From the NCBI GenBank assembly GCA_964016885.1, contig OZ024741.1, positions 412,424,001 to 412,488,000 of the forward strand: a stretch of 64,000 bases of DNA, read 5' to 3'. This document shows, one piece after another, positions 1-13,190 of this stretch. The DNA comes from Eledone cirrhosa. Its lineage: Eukaryota. Every line of letters begins with the position of its first letter. Positions within the stretch are counted from its first letter, which is position 1. The notes below the pieces were generated by a model, which made no database searches, was not told the origin of the DNA, and saw only the letters and a list, made by a program, of their open reading frames with translations. The translations under genes were made by a program, and so were the position numbers.

Positions 1-1092
1 CAGGGATGTCGCTCAGCAGTATCGCAGTGAATCCATGGATGAAAAACTGCATGCCTATCAGCAAAAAATCATGCATGGATATGTTGCCAGGAAGCTCCAG
101 AGTGAGAGTAATATAGATAAGGAAAGTAGTCTATCTTGGACCAACAACCGCTATATTGGCTCCCACTTTGAAGGATACGCTTTTGCAATCCAAGAACAGG
201 AGATTAGCACGAAATACCTGATTCACAAAAGAGATACAGGCAAAACACCTAGATGTGATAACAAGTGCAGACTCTGCAGAACTAACATCGAGGATATCAC
301 CCATGTCATCAGCAGCTGCCCAAAGATGTCATCGCGGTACTATCTACCTATGAGGCATGATGTAGTGGCCAAAACACTGTACAATGCAGTTCGTAAAAAA
401 GATAGCCCCGATGATAAACACATTAAAAGCTACAACAATGTGGAAGACATCCATGTACATAATATGAAAGAGTACTGGTGGAATGTTCCAGTAAAAACCC
501 CAATAAAATGCAGGCATAACAGACCAGATATCATGATATGGGACAGGGAGAAGAAAACATGCACAGTAGTGGAAATTAGCTGCCCAGCAGATGCCAATAT
601 AATATCAAAGATTAGTGAAAAGGAGAATATTTATGCAGGACTGATGAGAAATCTGCAGATACTCCACCCTGACTACACCTTCAGATTTATGCCTGTGATT
701 ATTGGGGCACTGGGATATGTTAGTAACTGCCTCAATACAAATCTTGAGAAGCTAGGCTTCACAGGAACAGAAAGAACACAACTAGTTAGGAAATTACAAG
801 TACAATCCATTAATGGAACAGTAAAAATATGTAAAACATTCCAAAAAATTTGCATCTAATAACTGCATATACACATGTACAGATACAAAGCATATACACA
901 TGCACACATACAACTCAAAACATCCACATCCATACATACAATAACATCCATATCTACACATGCATGCATGCAGACATACATACATATCTACCTAGTTGAT
1001 GTGTAAATTCCAATGAGAGAGTCTTGTGTCTATGTTAGAAACCGACTCTCTCTCTATTGGTAAAACTTTGTGAAATTATAAAACCAGAAGAA
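1..1092 (+). mobile_element. R4/Dong-like non-LTR retrotransposon family A, 3' part (Cys/His motif, restriction-like endonuclease, 3' UTR), cut by the window edge
   Basis: ORF 35-859 has CRLC..HVISSC, RHD, RPDI and VVEISCP motifs of an RLE domain. Near-identical to the reverse complement of 35626-36722. Ends directly in (TACA)n. Confidence 0.9.
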
Positions 1093-1158
1093 CATACATA
1101 CATACATACATACATACATACATACATACATACATACATACATACATACATACATACA
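1093..1158 (+). repeat. (TACA)n microsatellite, tail/target of family A
   Basis: Direct reading. Confidence 0.97.
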
Positions 1159-1966
1159 TTTATAATTTCACAAATATTTGCCAATAGAGAGAGAGTCGGT
1201 TTCTAACATAGTTACAAGACTCTGTCATTGGAATTTACACATCAACTAGGTAGATATGTTTGCATGTCTGCATGCATGCATGTGCGCAGATAGGGATGTT
1301 ATTGTATGTGTGGATGTGGATGTTTTGAGTATACGCTTTGTATCTGTACATGTGTATATGCAGTTATTAGATGCAACATTTTTGGAATGTTTTACATATT
1401 TTTACTATTCCATTAATGGATTATACTTGTAGTTTCCTAACTAGTTGTGTTCTTTCTGTTCCTGTGAACCCTAGCTTCTCAAGGTTTGTACTGAGGCAGT
1501 TACTAACATATGACAGTTCTCCAATAATCACAGGCATAAAACTGAAGGTATAGTCAGGGTGGAGTATCTTCAGATTTCTCATTAGTTCTGCATAAATATT
1601 CTCCTTTTCGCTAATCTTTGAAATTATATTGGCATCTGCTGGGCAGCTAACTTCCACTACTGTGCATGCCTTATTTTCCCTGTCCCATATCATTATATCT
1701 GGTCTGTTATGCCTGCATTTTATTGGTGTTTTACTGGAACATTCCACCAGTACTCTTTCATATTATGTATATTATGTACATTGCTGTAGCTTTTAATGTG
1801 TTTATTAACGGAGCTATCTTATCTACGGATTGCATTGTACAGTGTTTTGGCCACTACATCATGCCTCATAGGTAGATAGTACCGCGATGACATCTTTGGA
1901 CAGCTGCTGATGACATGGGTGACATCTTCGATGTTAATTCTGCAGAGTCTGCACTTCTTGTCACAT
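1159..1966 (-). mobile_element. Degenerate 5'-truncated family A copy, inverted relative to 1-1092
   Basis: Reverse complement of about 265-1082 with indels. ORF 1421-1747 repeats the RPDI/VVEVSCP motifs. Followed by (TATG)n at 1969-2047. Confidence 0.9.
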
Positions 1967-2047
1967 CATGTATGTATGTATGTATGTATGTATGTATGTA
2001 TGTATGTATGTATGTATGTATGTATGTATGTATGTATGTATGTATGT

Positions 2048-2975
2048 ACCAGAAGGGGGATACCTTTATTCAACCACTCTGGTACCTCACCCGACATCAA
2101 GCAGTCATTGAACATGGTTGTCAGTTTCGGGTGGAGGGGTGTTATATTTTTAATCCAATACCCTGCACACCATCTGGGCCTGGTGATTTCCAGTTGGTTA
2201 GTTTTTTTTTATTTTTTCCTGTCTACAAATCTTAGGTTCATAGGTTTTCCACTATCATTGTTCATTTCATCTACCACTAAGTTCAGGATATCAACCAAAT
2301 CTTGTCCTAGACCGTCAGCATTCATTTCCTCAATGGCCGTATCTTTGATTCAGATGTTATTTATTTCAGCATTCAGATCATTGTCTGCTTCGGATGGTTC
2401 CTCCGTTCTCTCAACCTCTTCACCTTCATTTCCCACTGGCTCGTTTTCCTGACATACTCCACTCTCCATTTCCAACTTAATCTCTCTGCTCAGTTGCTCC
2501 AGTTCCAACTCGCTTATCCATCCATTAGTTCTTATTACCCGAGCCTGCCCGGCCAATTTTTGTTCATTAATTTAAATAGACCAATCTCGTTCCAGATGTT
2601 TTGCATCCGTTTCCTATAGCCTTTTTCCATGGGGTTACTCTTCAGGTAACATTGCATAACAGTTCTATTCAATTCTTTCGACCAGTTGGTTTTTGTCCCT
2701 TTCCTTCTTCTTCTTCTTCCTCCAACACCAGCAGTATTTGGATGACAGCCATGTCCCTGCTGCTGGACCAGGGAGCACTTGCTGGGTGAGAGTCTTTCAC
2801 ATGACGTTCCAGTCTCCTTTTCACCGTTATTCGAACTGTTTAGGTTCGACATTTAAACACTCATATCGAGGATTGGTGAATGTATGGTTACATAACCACC
2901 AGTGTTTTCATCACCACCAGTGATTTCATCACCCCCGGTGATTTTAGCGTGGCACCATCACGCTGTAGACGAGCA
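2048..2975 (-). mobile_element. R4/Dong-like family B, 5' region with internal deletion
   Basis: Matches about 53480-53627 joined to about 54260-54880. ORFs 2350-2556 and 2535-2852 match the protein of ORF 53844-54971. Confidence 0.88.
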
Positions 2976-3269
2976 TAAATAAATAAACAAATAAATAGAT
3001 AAAAACTTAAAAAAATGAACATAAGTTTCATTGTAATGTTTGAATGTCTGACTTAGTTTTTTTTGTTGTTTTTTTGCTTTTTGTTTTGCAAGGCCAGTAA
3101 CATCGGTTACTAGTGTTGTTGTTGCTGCTGCTGCTGTTTTTGATTTTAGCTACGAGGGAAGTAGGGTTTGTTGCGTTCAAAACTTTTGAAATTTGTTTTT
3201 CGTTTGCTGTTGCGCTTGTTTTTGTCTGTGTTCTGTTCTGTAATTTTTCGACTTGTTGCTTATCATTAT

Positions 3270-3455
3270 TGGCAGAATTGGTAGAGGGTTGGACACGCTT
3301 TCCAGCATAGTTATATCTCTTTACGATCTGAGTTCAAATCCCGCCAAGGTTAACTTTGCCTTTCATCCTTACAAGGCCGATAAAATAAAGTACCAGTAAT
3401 GTACTGGGTGATTGCTGGCCTTGTGCCGAAAATAGAAACAATTATTATGATTATT
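3270..3455 (+). mobile_element. tRNA-derived SINE
   Basis: A-box-like GGCAGAATTGG, B-box-like GAGTTCAAATCC and a TTA-type tail. Homologous to minus-strand copies at 44748-44965, 49528-49699 and 49714-49929. Confidence 0.78.
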
Positions 3456-3459
3456 GAAT

Positions 3460-6400
3460 GCCATGGTTGACGGAGGCTCGGCTCTGTAAGGTATTGTAAT
3501 TTTTAACCGTTATAACAATTGTAAATTGTTTAAAACTTGCACCAAATTGTTGATAAAGACACCCTCCTCCTCATGAGAGGGGTCTTTCTGCCCGTTATTT
3601 GGCCCTTCGGGGTTAAATAACCAGTTATTGTGGTTTTGTGCCCAATATTCATTTTAAACCGTAAAAAAACATGATTACAAAAATGAATTTTCACAAGTCA
3701 CTTCCACCCCTTCCGTCTTCTTCCCCAATCGTCATTACGTCAGAGAAAAGATTGTCTCTCTCCCTCCCTTCTCTAAATGTGGTGTCGCCTCTCTCGCCTC
3801 TTTTGCAAGCGACGCTATTAAAGAAAAAGAAAAATGTCGTTTCTCGTAGCGTTCTTCATCAAGAGAACACGCGTGCCGTGGAACTTTTCTCGACGACAAC
3901 GACGACGAAATATGTGTGCGGTAAATACGGAAAGCCATCTCATTCGTCTGACGTCATGAAGAATAGCAGCAGCAACAGTGGCGAGAAAAATACTAGTAGC
4001 AGCCGCAACAACATCAGCAGCAACAACAGGAGCAACAACAGCAGCAACAGCAACAACAACAACAACATCAGCAACGGTGGCGGCGGTCGTAGTACCAGCA
4101 ACAACAACAAAAGTAACAACAGCTCTGACGACGACAACAACAACAACAAGAAAGAAAAACCAATCTCATTTGCAGGTATCGCAAAGAATCTGGAAACCAT
4201 CCTTATATCAAACGAAGAATTACAGGAAGCAAGGAAGATGGTGACGAAACCGGACACCGAGTAATCTGTAAGGCAGCCGAAAAATGTTTCGAAATCCAAC
4301 AGCACTGTACGGTCACGTACCGTACAGTAAGCACAAAATCACGTAGGGTTGAAAGAGCCCCAGAGGCTCAAATACAAAAAGCTTTAGGGCCTGTGTGGCA
4401 GCGGAAAACGCATATCACCCGAGACAAGAAATATGCCACCGTGGACGTGCTTTTTGCCACACCCCAGGAGGCAAAGGCTCAATCCTTAGTGACCCTAAGG
4501 AGCGAGGAAATGGTGTTGGTGCCCTCGTACTGCGGGAAAAAAATTGTGAGGGTCAAACTGACCCAAGCACCCCCCCCCCCCCCGATGGCCCCTTCTTGGC
4601 TGGCCGCGTCTGTCCTCGTCGGAATTGAGGACAAAACAACCGTACTGCAAGTACAGAAAAAGTACGGGAAGATTGGGTCGGCGCCTCCATTGAGATGTTA
4701 ATTCAAACCGACCAGGAGTGTATCGAAGCTATCCCGGATGTGATAGACTTCGATAACGGCACTCAACTTCCCATAAGTGTTGAGGGCAAACGCCCGAAAT
4801 GCTTTTGCTGTGGGTCGAAGACTCACCTCAGGGCCTTCTGCAATGAGAAGACCATGAGAAAGGAGAAACCCCCTTCCTTCCGAAACCGGCTCCACTGCTA
4901 CCAGTAACAGGACAGGCGGCAAGCAGGAAGGATAGGTCCGTGGCACCCATACCCACTCCACGGAAATCAAGAACAGCAGCAGCAGTGGAAGTATTAACAA
5001 CAACAACAGTAATACCAACTGCAGCTGCAACAGAGACTCAACTGCAACCATCACCAACAGGAACAAGTGAAAGAGTGGAGCTGGTACCCCTCCCCAAACC
5101 TCACAGAATCGGAAATGGAGTGTGAGGTGGGAGAGGGATGGCAAAAGGTCGCAAGAAGGCACAAACGCAGAAGCAGCGCATCGTCGCCTTCGAAAAGGGA
5201 GAGAAGAGATGAAAAAAGGGTGAAGGCTACTGCAAATAGACTTACAGCAGCAACACCACCAACACCATCACCACCCACACTAGCATTGCCATCACCTCCG
5301 GCGGCAACCCCACCGCCAACAACAACAACACCTTCAACAACACCACCACAAGCATCAACATCGCAAACACAACAACAAAACACACACACCCAGCAACAAC
5401 GACAAGAAAATAGCAAAACCCCACCCCACCCCCCAAAAAAGAAATGCCCAGCAATAAATACACACAACAAGAAACTAATGACTTACATAATTGAACACAG
5501 ACATTTCGCAGCACGACTACATAATACCAGCACCAATCAAAACACCAACAAACATAAGACTGGTAAGAAGATCACAGAAAGAATACACTAACATTAAAAT
5601 GAAATTCCCCAACGCAGTTGGTGATTTCAGAGACCTAGGAGGGACACTCAACCGAAGAGTATACTCGGATATACTCACAGAAGAGCCGACGACCAACCGA
5701 AGGGATGGTTCAACGGCCCCTTCACCAGACGATCAAGGTAAGTGATCCTTTCTCACTTGCCCCGTTCCTCACCGAACATGGCCGTATTCAGGATCGGAAG
5801 TGTAAACGTGCGTGGCTTGAACTCGGTTTGGAAGCAGGGTCATTTGCTTAATGACCTCAGGTCACTAAACATAGATGTGGTGGCCACCAGCGAGACGAGA
5901 ATTTCCGAAACGCAAGCTTTCGCACCGATCTTCGACGGTTACGAGGTGTACGCATCTCCGAGCCGTCCGGGAGCGCAGGGTGGAGTGGCTGTGTTGTTTC
6001 GGAAAGGCTTGGGTCTCGCCATACGGACCATCTTCCTGGACCCAGAAGGTAAGTCGGTGGTGCTGGACGTGAACGGCACCGAAGACAACGCTTTCAGGCT
6101 AGTAGCCGTCCATGCCCCGTCACGGGCAGGACGGCCAGATTTCTTCAGACGTCTAGACATTGCTGGGAACGTCCCGCTCTTTAGTGTTAGTGGGCGACTG
6201 GAACGGTATATTGGATGCACGCTGGGATAGTGTGGGGCTAGTGGATACGGGAGGAGGGTGCAAGAGCCTCACCAACCTGCTCAGACGTTTTGAACTGTCT
6301 GACAGGTATCGACTGGATCACCCGAATGTGCCAATGTGGACATGGACAAACCGCATCGGGTCATCCAGATCGTATCTAGATAGGGTATTCTGCAGGGAAC

Positions 6401-9027
6401 TAGATAAGGCTAGTATAGGTTGTCCACAATTTAAAATAGTTGACTAAACGGATCACAAATTTGTGATCTGTGAGATCGACATAGATAGACTTCATAGACA
6501 AGGACCTGGTTACAGGAAGCTGAACGCGTCTTTCCCAGCGCGCAAAACCTACAGAGACCGGATTAGCGTATTAGTTAAGCGGGCGTTGACGGGAGCGGCC
6601 GTCAACAACAGGTGGTTGTTTGCCCGAAAAGGGCAATTAAAGTAGAGTCGGTTAGGTTTAGCTCTCGACAGCCGCAGCGCAGTGGTACGAAAAGCCGATA
6701 ACAGCAGGTGAAATACGGGAAGCGATGGCTTTATTGCACGAGGGGTAAATCACCAGGTTTGGTTGGTCTGCTCTACGAGCTTTATGCGTATATGCCAGAC
6801 TTGTTCGGCGACCTCTTGGCAGACGTATACTGCAACTGGCAGCAGAACGGGAGCATTCCCAGTTTTGTGAGCCGGGGATGGGTGGCGCTGCTGAGAAAAG
6901 ACCCGAACAAGGGGGACGTTATAGACAACTTCAGGCCCATAACTTTGCTAAACGCAGAGTTTAAGATTTTGGCCTAAGGTGTTAGCAAAGAGATTGGCGC
7001 TTGTTGTCGGTGATCTGGTGGGAGAGGCGCAGACATGCACCATTCCGGACAGATCCATCCACGACAACATCCATCTCATGCGATACATCATAGAGAGGGT
7101 GGTTAAGGAACCTAGCACAGGTGGGACCCTGATCAACTTGGATCAATCTAAAGCATTTGATAGGGTCGACCATCGGTACCTGGCTGCGGTCCTCGAGGTG
7201 GCCGGCTTCAGGCCCGTTTTCAGGGGCTAGATCGCTGCGATGCACAGCGATATCTGCTCGATTGTGAGGGTGAATGGTCACCTGTCACAGCCTTTCAGCA
7301 TCATGCGTTCGGTCCGCAAATGTTGCTTCCTCTCGTCCCTCTTGTACGTCCTGGATCTCGAGCCGTTACTGCAAAAACTGGGGGCGATGAGGGGCGTCTC
7401 ACGCGAACTGGGATGTGGGAGATCCGTGTCAGCTTACGCCGACGACGTCACCGTGGTGGTGTCGAGCACCAAACAAGTCCAGATGTTCGGCACCGCTCTC
7501 AAGGAATACAAAGCGGTAACAGGAGCAAAGATAAACCAGGAAAAGTCGGTGGGCTTGCAGCTCGGTACCTGGAGAGGCAAGTCCATGCCGTCCGATAGGG
7601 TCGTGGGGCGCTGGACGGAAGGACCGGTTAAATTGCTCGGGGTCTGGTTCGATCCGGATCTCCAGATGGAGAAAAACTGGAGGGAGGTGACGAGCAGGGT
7701 GGCCTCTCTCATCCAGAAATGGGCCGAGAGGAAGCTGTCCCTGAAAGGACGGACGGAGGTGGCGAATGCGTAAATAGCTTCCGTCATCTGCTACCGCCTA
7801 ACCGTCGTACCTTGCCCTCGCCCAACTCTGACCAAAATGGAGCGCCTTCTCTTCCGCTTTTTGTGGAAGGGACGTACTCCCATGGTCAGACGATCCATTT
7901 GCTGTCAACACCCGTTGCGTGGAGGACTAGGCATGCCATGGCTGATGATGTGTAAACATGCGCTGAGGCTGCGACATCTCTGGTGCTTCCTTGACGGTGA
8001 ACAGATGTGGTCGCCGTTTGCCAGACGCGCTTTTCCTCAGCTCGTCTCCTTGACGGAGATGCAGTCCTGGATTAGGAAAAGATCGAGGAATAGCGCTCTA
8101 CCAGCTGGGCACTAGTATCGGTGGAACATCCACCTCGGCGTTCTATAGAGGGCTAGTGGAGGGAAAGAGCGACGACGTTCTCGGGGAGACCCTGGGCGTC
8201 GAAGACGATCATCTGTTCGCTCTCTTCAAGAGAAGTTTCAGACCGGGCCTATGGACAACTTTCAGAAATCCCTGTCTTGTCAGTGCTACCGGGGAGCGTT
8301 GCCGGTTAGGGATAAGCTCTACAGGCACGGGGGTGCTGTCAGCCGAGCCTGTCCAAAATGCGCGCAGGGCGACGAAACCGTCCTGCACGCACTCGTTCAG
8401 TGCCCAAGGATTACTGAATTGTGGAGCTATGTTGAACAGCTGCTGTCGCGTGTAGGACGGATCTGGTTATCGACTGAGTCCATTGTGCAGATAGCCCCGC
8501 CATCCTCCTTTAAAGAAGAGGAAGGGCAGGCAGTTTTCATCTGCCTGGTGGCCATGGCGAAAGAGATTGTGTGGTGGACAAGGTTGAAAGGGTTGAAGAC
8601 GGACACTTTCCTCTTCGGCCAATCCCTTATTAACTTTTTCAAGTTTCACTTGAAGAGGAAAATCAGGGTGGAGAGGCAAGTGCTGTCTTCTAGTAAGTTT
8701 GTTGAAAGGTGGGTGAAAGTGGCGAGTCTGGTCCGAGTGAACGGGCCCGCTTTGAGTATGCGCCTATAGACTGAGGAGTGGGAAAAATGAGAGAGGGCGC
8801 TTGCCCTGGTGGTCAGGGTGCCCGTGATCTTTTTTGTGTCGTTTTCGCCACGAGTGACCCTCGGAGGTTTCCCCCTTTTTGGGGAATTTTTGTTGTTTGA
8901 ATTTTTTGGATTTCTAGCCCGATTTTGTTATAACCTGTTTACACGACCAAACCCAGTTTGTATCGTCCTGTACCGTTCGTGTTAGCCCTTGTGGCCAATA
9001 AAGAAACCATTATTGTTGTTGTTGTTA
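3460..9027 (+). mobile_element. Near full-length, disrupted L1/Tx1-clade LINE (ORF1 + ORF2)
   Basis: ORF1 fragments 3671-5745 include the CCHC knuckle CFCCGSKTHLRAFC. ORF2 fragments 5742-8769 include an APE endonuclease (SVNVRGL, GDWN, SYLDR), RT (FRPITLLN, KAFDRVDH, YADD) and CPKC..HALVQC. The 3' UTR ends AATAAA plus (TTG/TTA)n. The 5' boundary is approximate. Confidence 0.88.
5742..8769 (+). pseudogene. Tx1-like ORF2 (AP endonuclease + reverse transcriptase), frameshifted with stops
   Basis: Consecutive ORF fragments start at 5742, 6160, 6463, 6708, 6979, 7240, 7837 and 8251. The endonuclease-RT linker near 6650-6710 looks shortened. Confidence 0.88.
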
Positions 9028-10679
9028 TACTCTTCTAAACACAGAGTTCAAGATTTTGGCCAAGGTGCTAGCAAAGAGGTTGGCGCTTGTCGTTGGTGGT
9101 CTGGTAGGAGAGGCGCAGACATGCACCATTCCCGACAGATCCATCCACGACAACCTCCACCTCATGCGATACATCGTGGAGTGGGTAGCTAGGGAACCTG
9201 GCACGGGTGGGTCCTTGATCAATTTAGATCAGTCGAAAGCTTTCGATAGGGTCGACCATCGTTATCTGGCGGCAGTCCTGAGGGCGGCTGGCTTTGGGCT
9301 CGTCTTCAGAGGCTGGATCGCTGCCATGCACAGCGACATCTGCTCTGTGGTGAGAGTGAACGGTCACCTTTCGGAACCGTTCAACATGATGCGCTCGGTC
9401 CGCCAAGGATGTCCCCTCTCGTCCCTCTTGTACGTATTGACTCTCGAGCCATTACTGCACAAACTGGAGACGTTGAGGGGGGTCCCGCGCGAACTAGGAT
9501 GCGGAAGATCCGTATCAGCATATGCGGACGATGTCACCGTAGTGGTATCGAACGCCAAACACATCGAGGCGATCGGCACTACACTAAGAGAATACGAAGC
9601 GGTGACAGGAGCAATGATCAACCAGGAAAAGTCGGTGGGCCTGCACCTCGGCACCTGGAGAGGCAGGTCCATGCCGTCCAACGGCGTCGTCGGGCGCTGG
9701 ACGGACGGACCAGTTAAATTGTTAGGGGTCTGGTTCGGTCCTGACCTCCAGACGGACAAAAACTGGGATGAGGTGACGAGCAGGGTGGCTTCTCTCACCC
9801 AGAAATGGGCGGAGAGGAAGCTATCCCTGAAAGGTCGAGCGGAGGTGGCTAACGCGTACATCGCGTCCGTCATCTACTACCGCCTGACTGTCGTGCCTTG
9901 TCCTAAGCCTCGTTCCGATGGTCAGGAGGTCCATCTGCTGTCAATACCTACTAGTTCGGGATAAACTCTACAGGCATGGAGGTGCTGTCAGCCGGGAATG
10001 TCCGAGATGTGCGCAGGGCGACGAAACCGTCCTGCATGCACTCGTCCAGTGTCCGAGCATTGCTGACTTGTGGGTTTATGTCGAACACATGCTGTCGCGT
10101 GTAGAACGGATCCGACTATCAGCTGAGTCCATCGTGAGGATTGCCCCGCTCTCTTCCTTTAGCCGGGAAGGGCAGGCAGGTTTTATCTGTCTGGTGGCCA
10201 TGGCGAAAGAGATAGTATGGTGGACATGTCTAAAACGGCTGAAGACGTGCACTTACCTCTTCGGTGATGCCCTGATTAACTTTTTTCAATTTCATTTCAA
10301 AAGGAAAAACAGGGTAGAGAGGGAGGTGCTCTCTTCCCAGCTATTTGTTGAAAGATGGGTGAGAGAGGCAAGAATGGCCCGAGTGAGTGGACCTACTCTG
10401 AGTATATGCCTGTAAATTGAAGGTGGAAAACTGGGAGAAGACAATTGCCCTGGTGGTCAGGGTCACCGTGGCTTTTTTAATGGGCTTTCTCCACGATGGC
10501 CTTCGGAAGTGTCCCCCCTATTGGGGAATTTTTTCATTGTTCTATTATTACATCCTCTCTTTTTTTGTTTTTTACACGCAGAAATGCTCTTTTGTACCGT
10601 CCTGTATTGTCCTGTACTGTCCTTAATGTCTACTTTGTGTAAACCCTTGTGGTTAATAAAGAAAGCATTATTGTTATTA

Positions 10680-10711
<32 letters not shown>

Positions 10712-10712
10712 T
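9028..10712 (+). mobile_element. Second Tx1-like LINE copy, 5'-truncated, head-to-tail with the first
   Basis: RT ORF 9056-9964 (QGCPLS, YADD) and C-terminal ORF 9918-10415 are paralogous to 6950-8769, with internal deletions near 9910 and 9950. Ends AATAAA plus (TTA)n. Confidence 0.9.
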
Positions 10713-10724
10713 TATTTTTTTTTT

Positions 10725-11727
10725 CGTGTAATGGCCATACTCGATAACAAGGGGAAGCTATCATGTTTGTATGTATGTATGTATGTATATATGTCGGGTC
10801 ACTCTTGAGTGCTACTGGTAACATGTAACCCAGTACAACCTGTCGTATGGTCGGGTCGTCGGTGACTAAACCGGCAACCCTACCAAGTTTACTTGGAGGG
10901 TGATTTTGGACACCCTGCAGGACAAAAAACAAAACCTGACAAAGGGCGGAAGAGCTCATAACAGTATACGGCCATCCAAAGAGTGAAAATATGTATATAC
11001 ACATGTACCACGCGGTTAAACCACTGGGAGTGAAGGATCCCTAGCCTTTGTCAGGGCATTCTTCTAGGAGAAGGCAACTCAGGAAACTGGGATAACTCAG
11101 ATATAAAACCTGCGGCTCAGTAGTTACCGATGATGTTGATCTCTTCTTCTTTTCGGGTTATAGCTACTGTCGCTTAGAGAGTGGGATTGGCTCAGTGCAC
11201 AGTCTTTCTTCACTTTAAAAAATATCTTCACGCACAGGCATTGCATGATAGAATTAATTAATAATTATTAATAATGGTATATCGTACAATGGCCGTACTC
11301 GATAACGAGGGGGCAGCCCTCATGTATGTATGTATGTATGTATGTATGTATGTATGTATGTATGTATGTATGTATGTATGTATGGTTAAGAGAGTGGGAC
11401 TGGCTTTGTGCAGTGCCTTTGCTCACTATAAAAGCTTCACGGCACAGGCATTGCTTTATATCTGGAGATCTCTCTGCACTTGTCGTCACATGGTACAATG
11501 GGACCAGCACTATGTGTCAATAATTGTCATAAGTGTAGTGTTTGTACCAGAGTTTTCAAGTCGCTGGCTGGACTAAAAAGTCACACTCGTTCAGCGGATC
11601 GGTAGGAGTTCTCATACATGGATATAAAATAGTGGCCGTACTCGAAAACGAGTTGGCAGCCACCATGTATGTATGTATGTATGTATGTATGTATGTATGT
11701 ATGTATGTATGTATGTATGTATGTATG
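10725..11727 (+). mobile_element. Cluster of non-coding SINE-like elements carrying the RTE 3' end and (TATG)n tails
   Basis: The TGGCCRTACTCGAWAACRAG..CATGTATG end near 10730, 11290 and 11632 matches the 3' end of the RTE at 41675-41712. Bodies match 34535-35570. Confidence 0.75.
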
Positions 11728-12614
11728 TATGTATGTATAGTATTTTGATGTACAATATTTACAAGAGAACACCTGTGGAAATGACGTTAGTGGCATTAAA
11801 CACCTTCAAATTATTTCACATTAGTATAATTTGATTTTTATTTTTTATTTTCATAAGCAAAACAGTAGTTCCTTCCTTGAACACCTGCAGAATCACGTTG
11901 CTGGCATCGATTAATTTAATTTAATTCATTAGAATACCAGAATTTTCTTCCAGGATAAAACGGGAGTCATTACTAGACTGTTTGTGTTGCTTTTGTTTTT
12001 AATTTTGTTGTTCTGTTGTGGTTTTGTTGTTTTGTTTATTTAGATTTAGAAATTGCTGAAGAGTTGTTAGGGTTTCGGACTAAATGCTTTACAACATTTT
12101 TTCTGGTTCTTTGCGCACTGAGTTCAAACCCTGTCTCTTGCCAACAGAAAAGCGATGATGCTTCTACCAGGCTTTGTGACCGATAAGTGATACCAGCAGT
12201 GGAAAAACCCATGGAAATAAATTTATTTGGTCCTATCTAAGGATCGGATCTTTCCTTTCCGTAGATTCAGAACAAAAAATTTGGCAAGTTCCTTTAACCT
12301 CCAAGAATAAGCGTAACTCTCTCGTGACGTTATTTTTAAAATTTAACTCTTTAGTCAAGGAGGAAAGGAGATTGCTTTTAGAATATTTCAGGACTTCCGA
12401 AACAGATATAAATAAAGGAGTGTCGAAAATATCCTCAAAAAGGAGACCTTGTCCGATTATTCACAACAATGTGGTCTACGATAAAAACGCACAAGGCAGA
12501 GCAAGTGGTGTTAAACCGGGTTGCGGGTTAAACGTACTCTACCACATAAGCAGAGTCTTAGACCGTTGGATTAAATTATTATTTGTATTTATTCGTTTTT
12601 TCTGCCCACTGAGT

Positions 12615-12639
<25 letters not shown>

Positions 12640-12648
<9 letters not shown>

Positions 12649-13120
12649 CTGTATTTGTTAATACACTGTATGCTTAATTAAAAGCATTTTGAAGACCTTA
12701 CGCTATTGTTTTAAAGTAGTGACTATGTCACTTACTTCTTTTTTCAACCAAATACACTATATATACATTCATATATACATCGCTATTTCAGAGCACCAAT
12801 TCTAATTTTCAATTTTTGCTGGACTGGCAACCGCTCTGTATAATCAGTTCCTGATTATTACTGGAATTCTATAAGAATCCAACATTCATAATTTTCAACA
12901 GACAAGGCGAGTACTAAGCTCTGAGGAATACCAACAGTATGAAACAGAGATCTGTCAGCTTATCTCTCTTTGTTTGTTGAAAAAAGAAGTGACGTAGTCA
13001 CTACTTTAAAACAATAGCGTAAGGTCTTCAAAATGCTTTTAATTAAGCATACAGTGTATTACCAAATACACTATATATACATTCATATTTACATCGCTAT
13101 TTCAGAACACCAATTCTAAT
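12640..13120. mobile_element. Penelope-like (PLE) pseudo-LTR remnant with inverted arm, within (TA)n
   Basis: 12645-12748 is inverted at 12977-13075. Direct repeat 12749-12806 / 13062-13120. Same family as 25553-25852. Contains a hammerhead. Confidence 0.7.
12915..12962 (+). ncRNA. Minimal type I hammerhead ribozyme
   Basis: TAAGCT-CTGAGGA-ATAC(caaca)GTAT-GAAA-CAG(agat)CTG-TC-AGCTTA: all three stems pair, the core is canonical, and the cleavage site is GUC. Confidence 0.88.
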
Positions 13121-13123
13121 ATA

Positions 13124-13190
<67 letters not shown>

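Noticed and set aside
3270-3350. tRNA gene
   Set aside because: A/B-box-like motifs are present but there is no cloverleaf, and the sequence continues into a shared SINE body.
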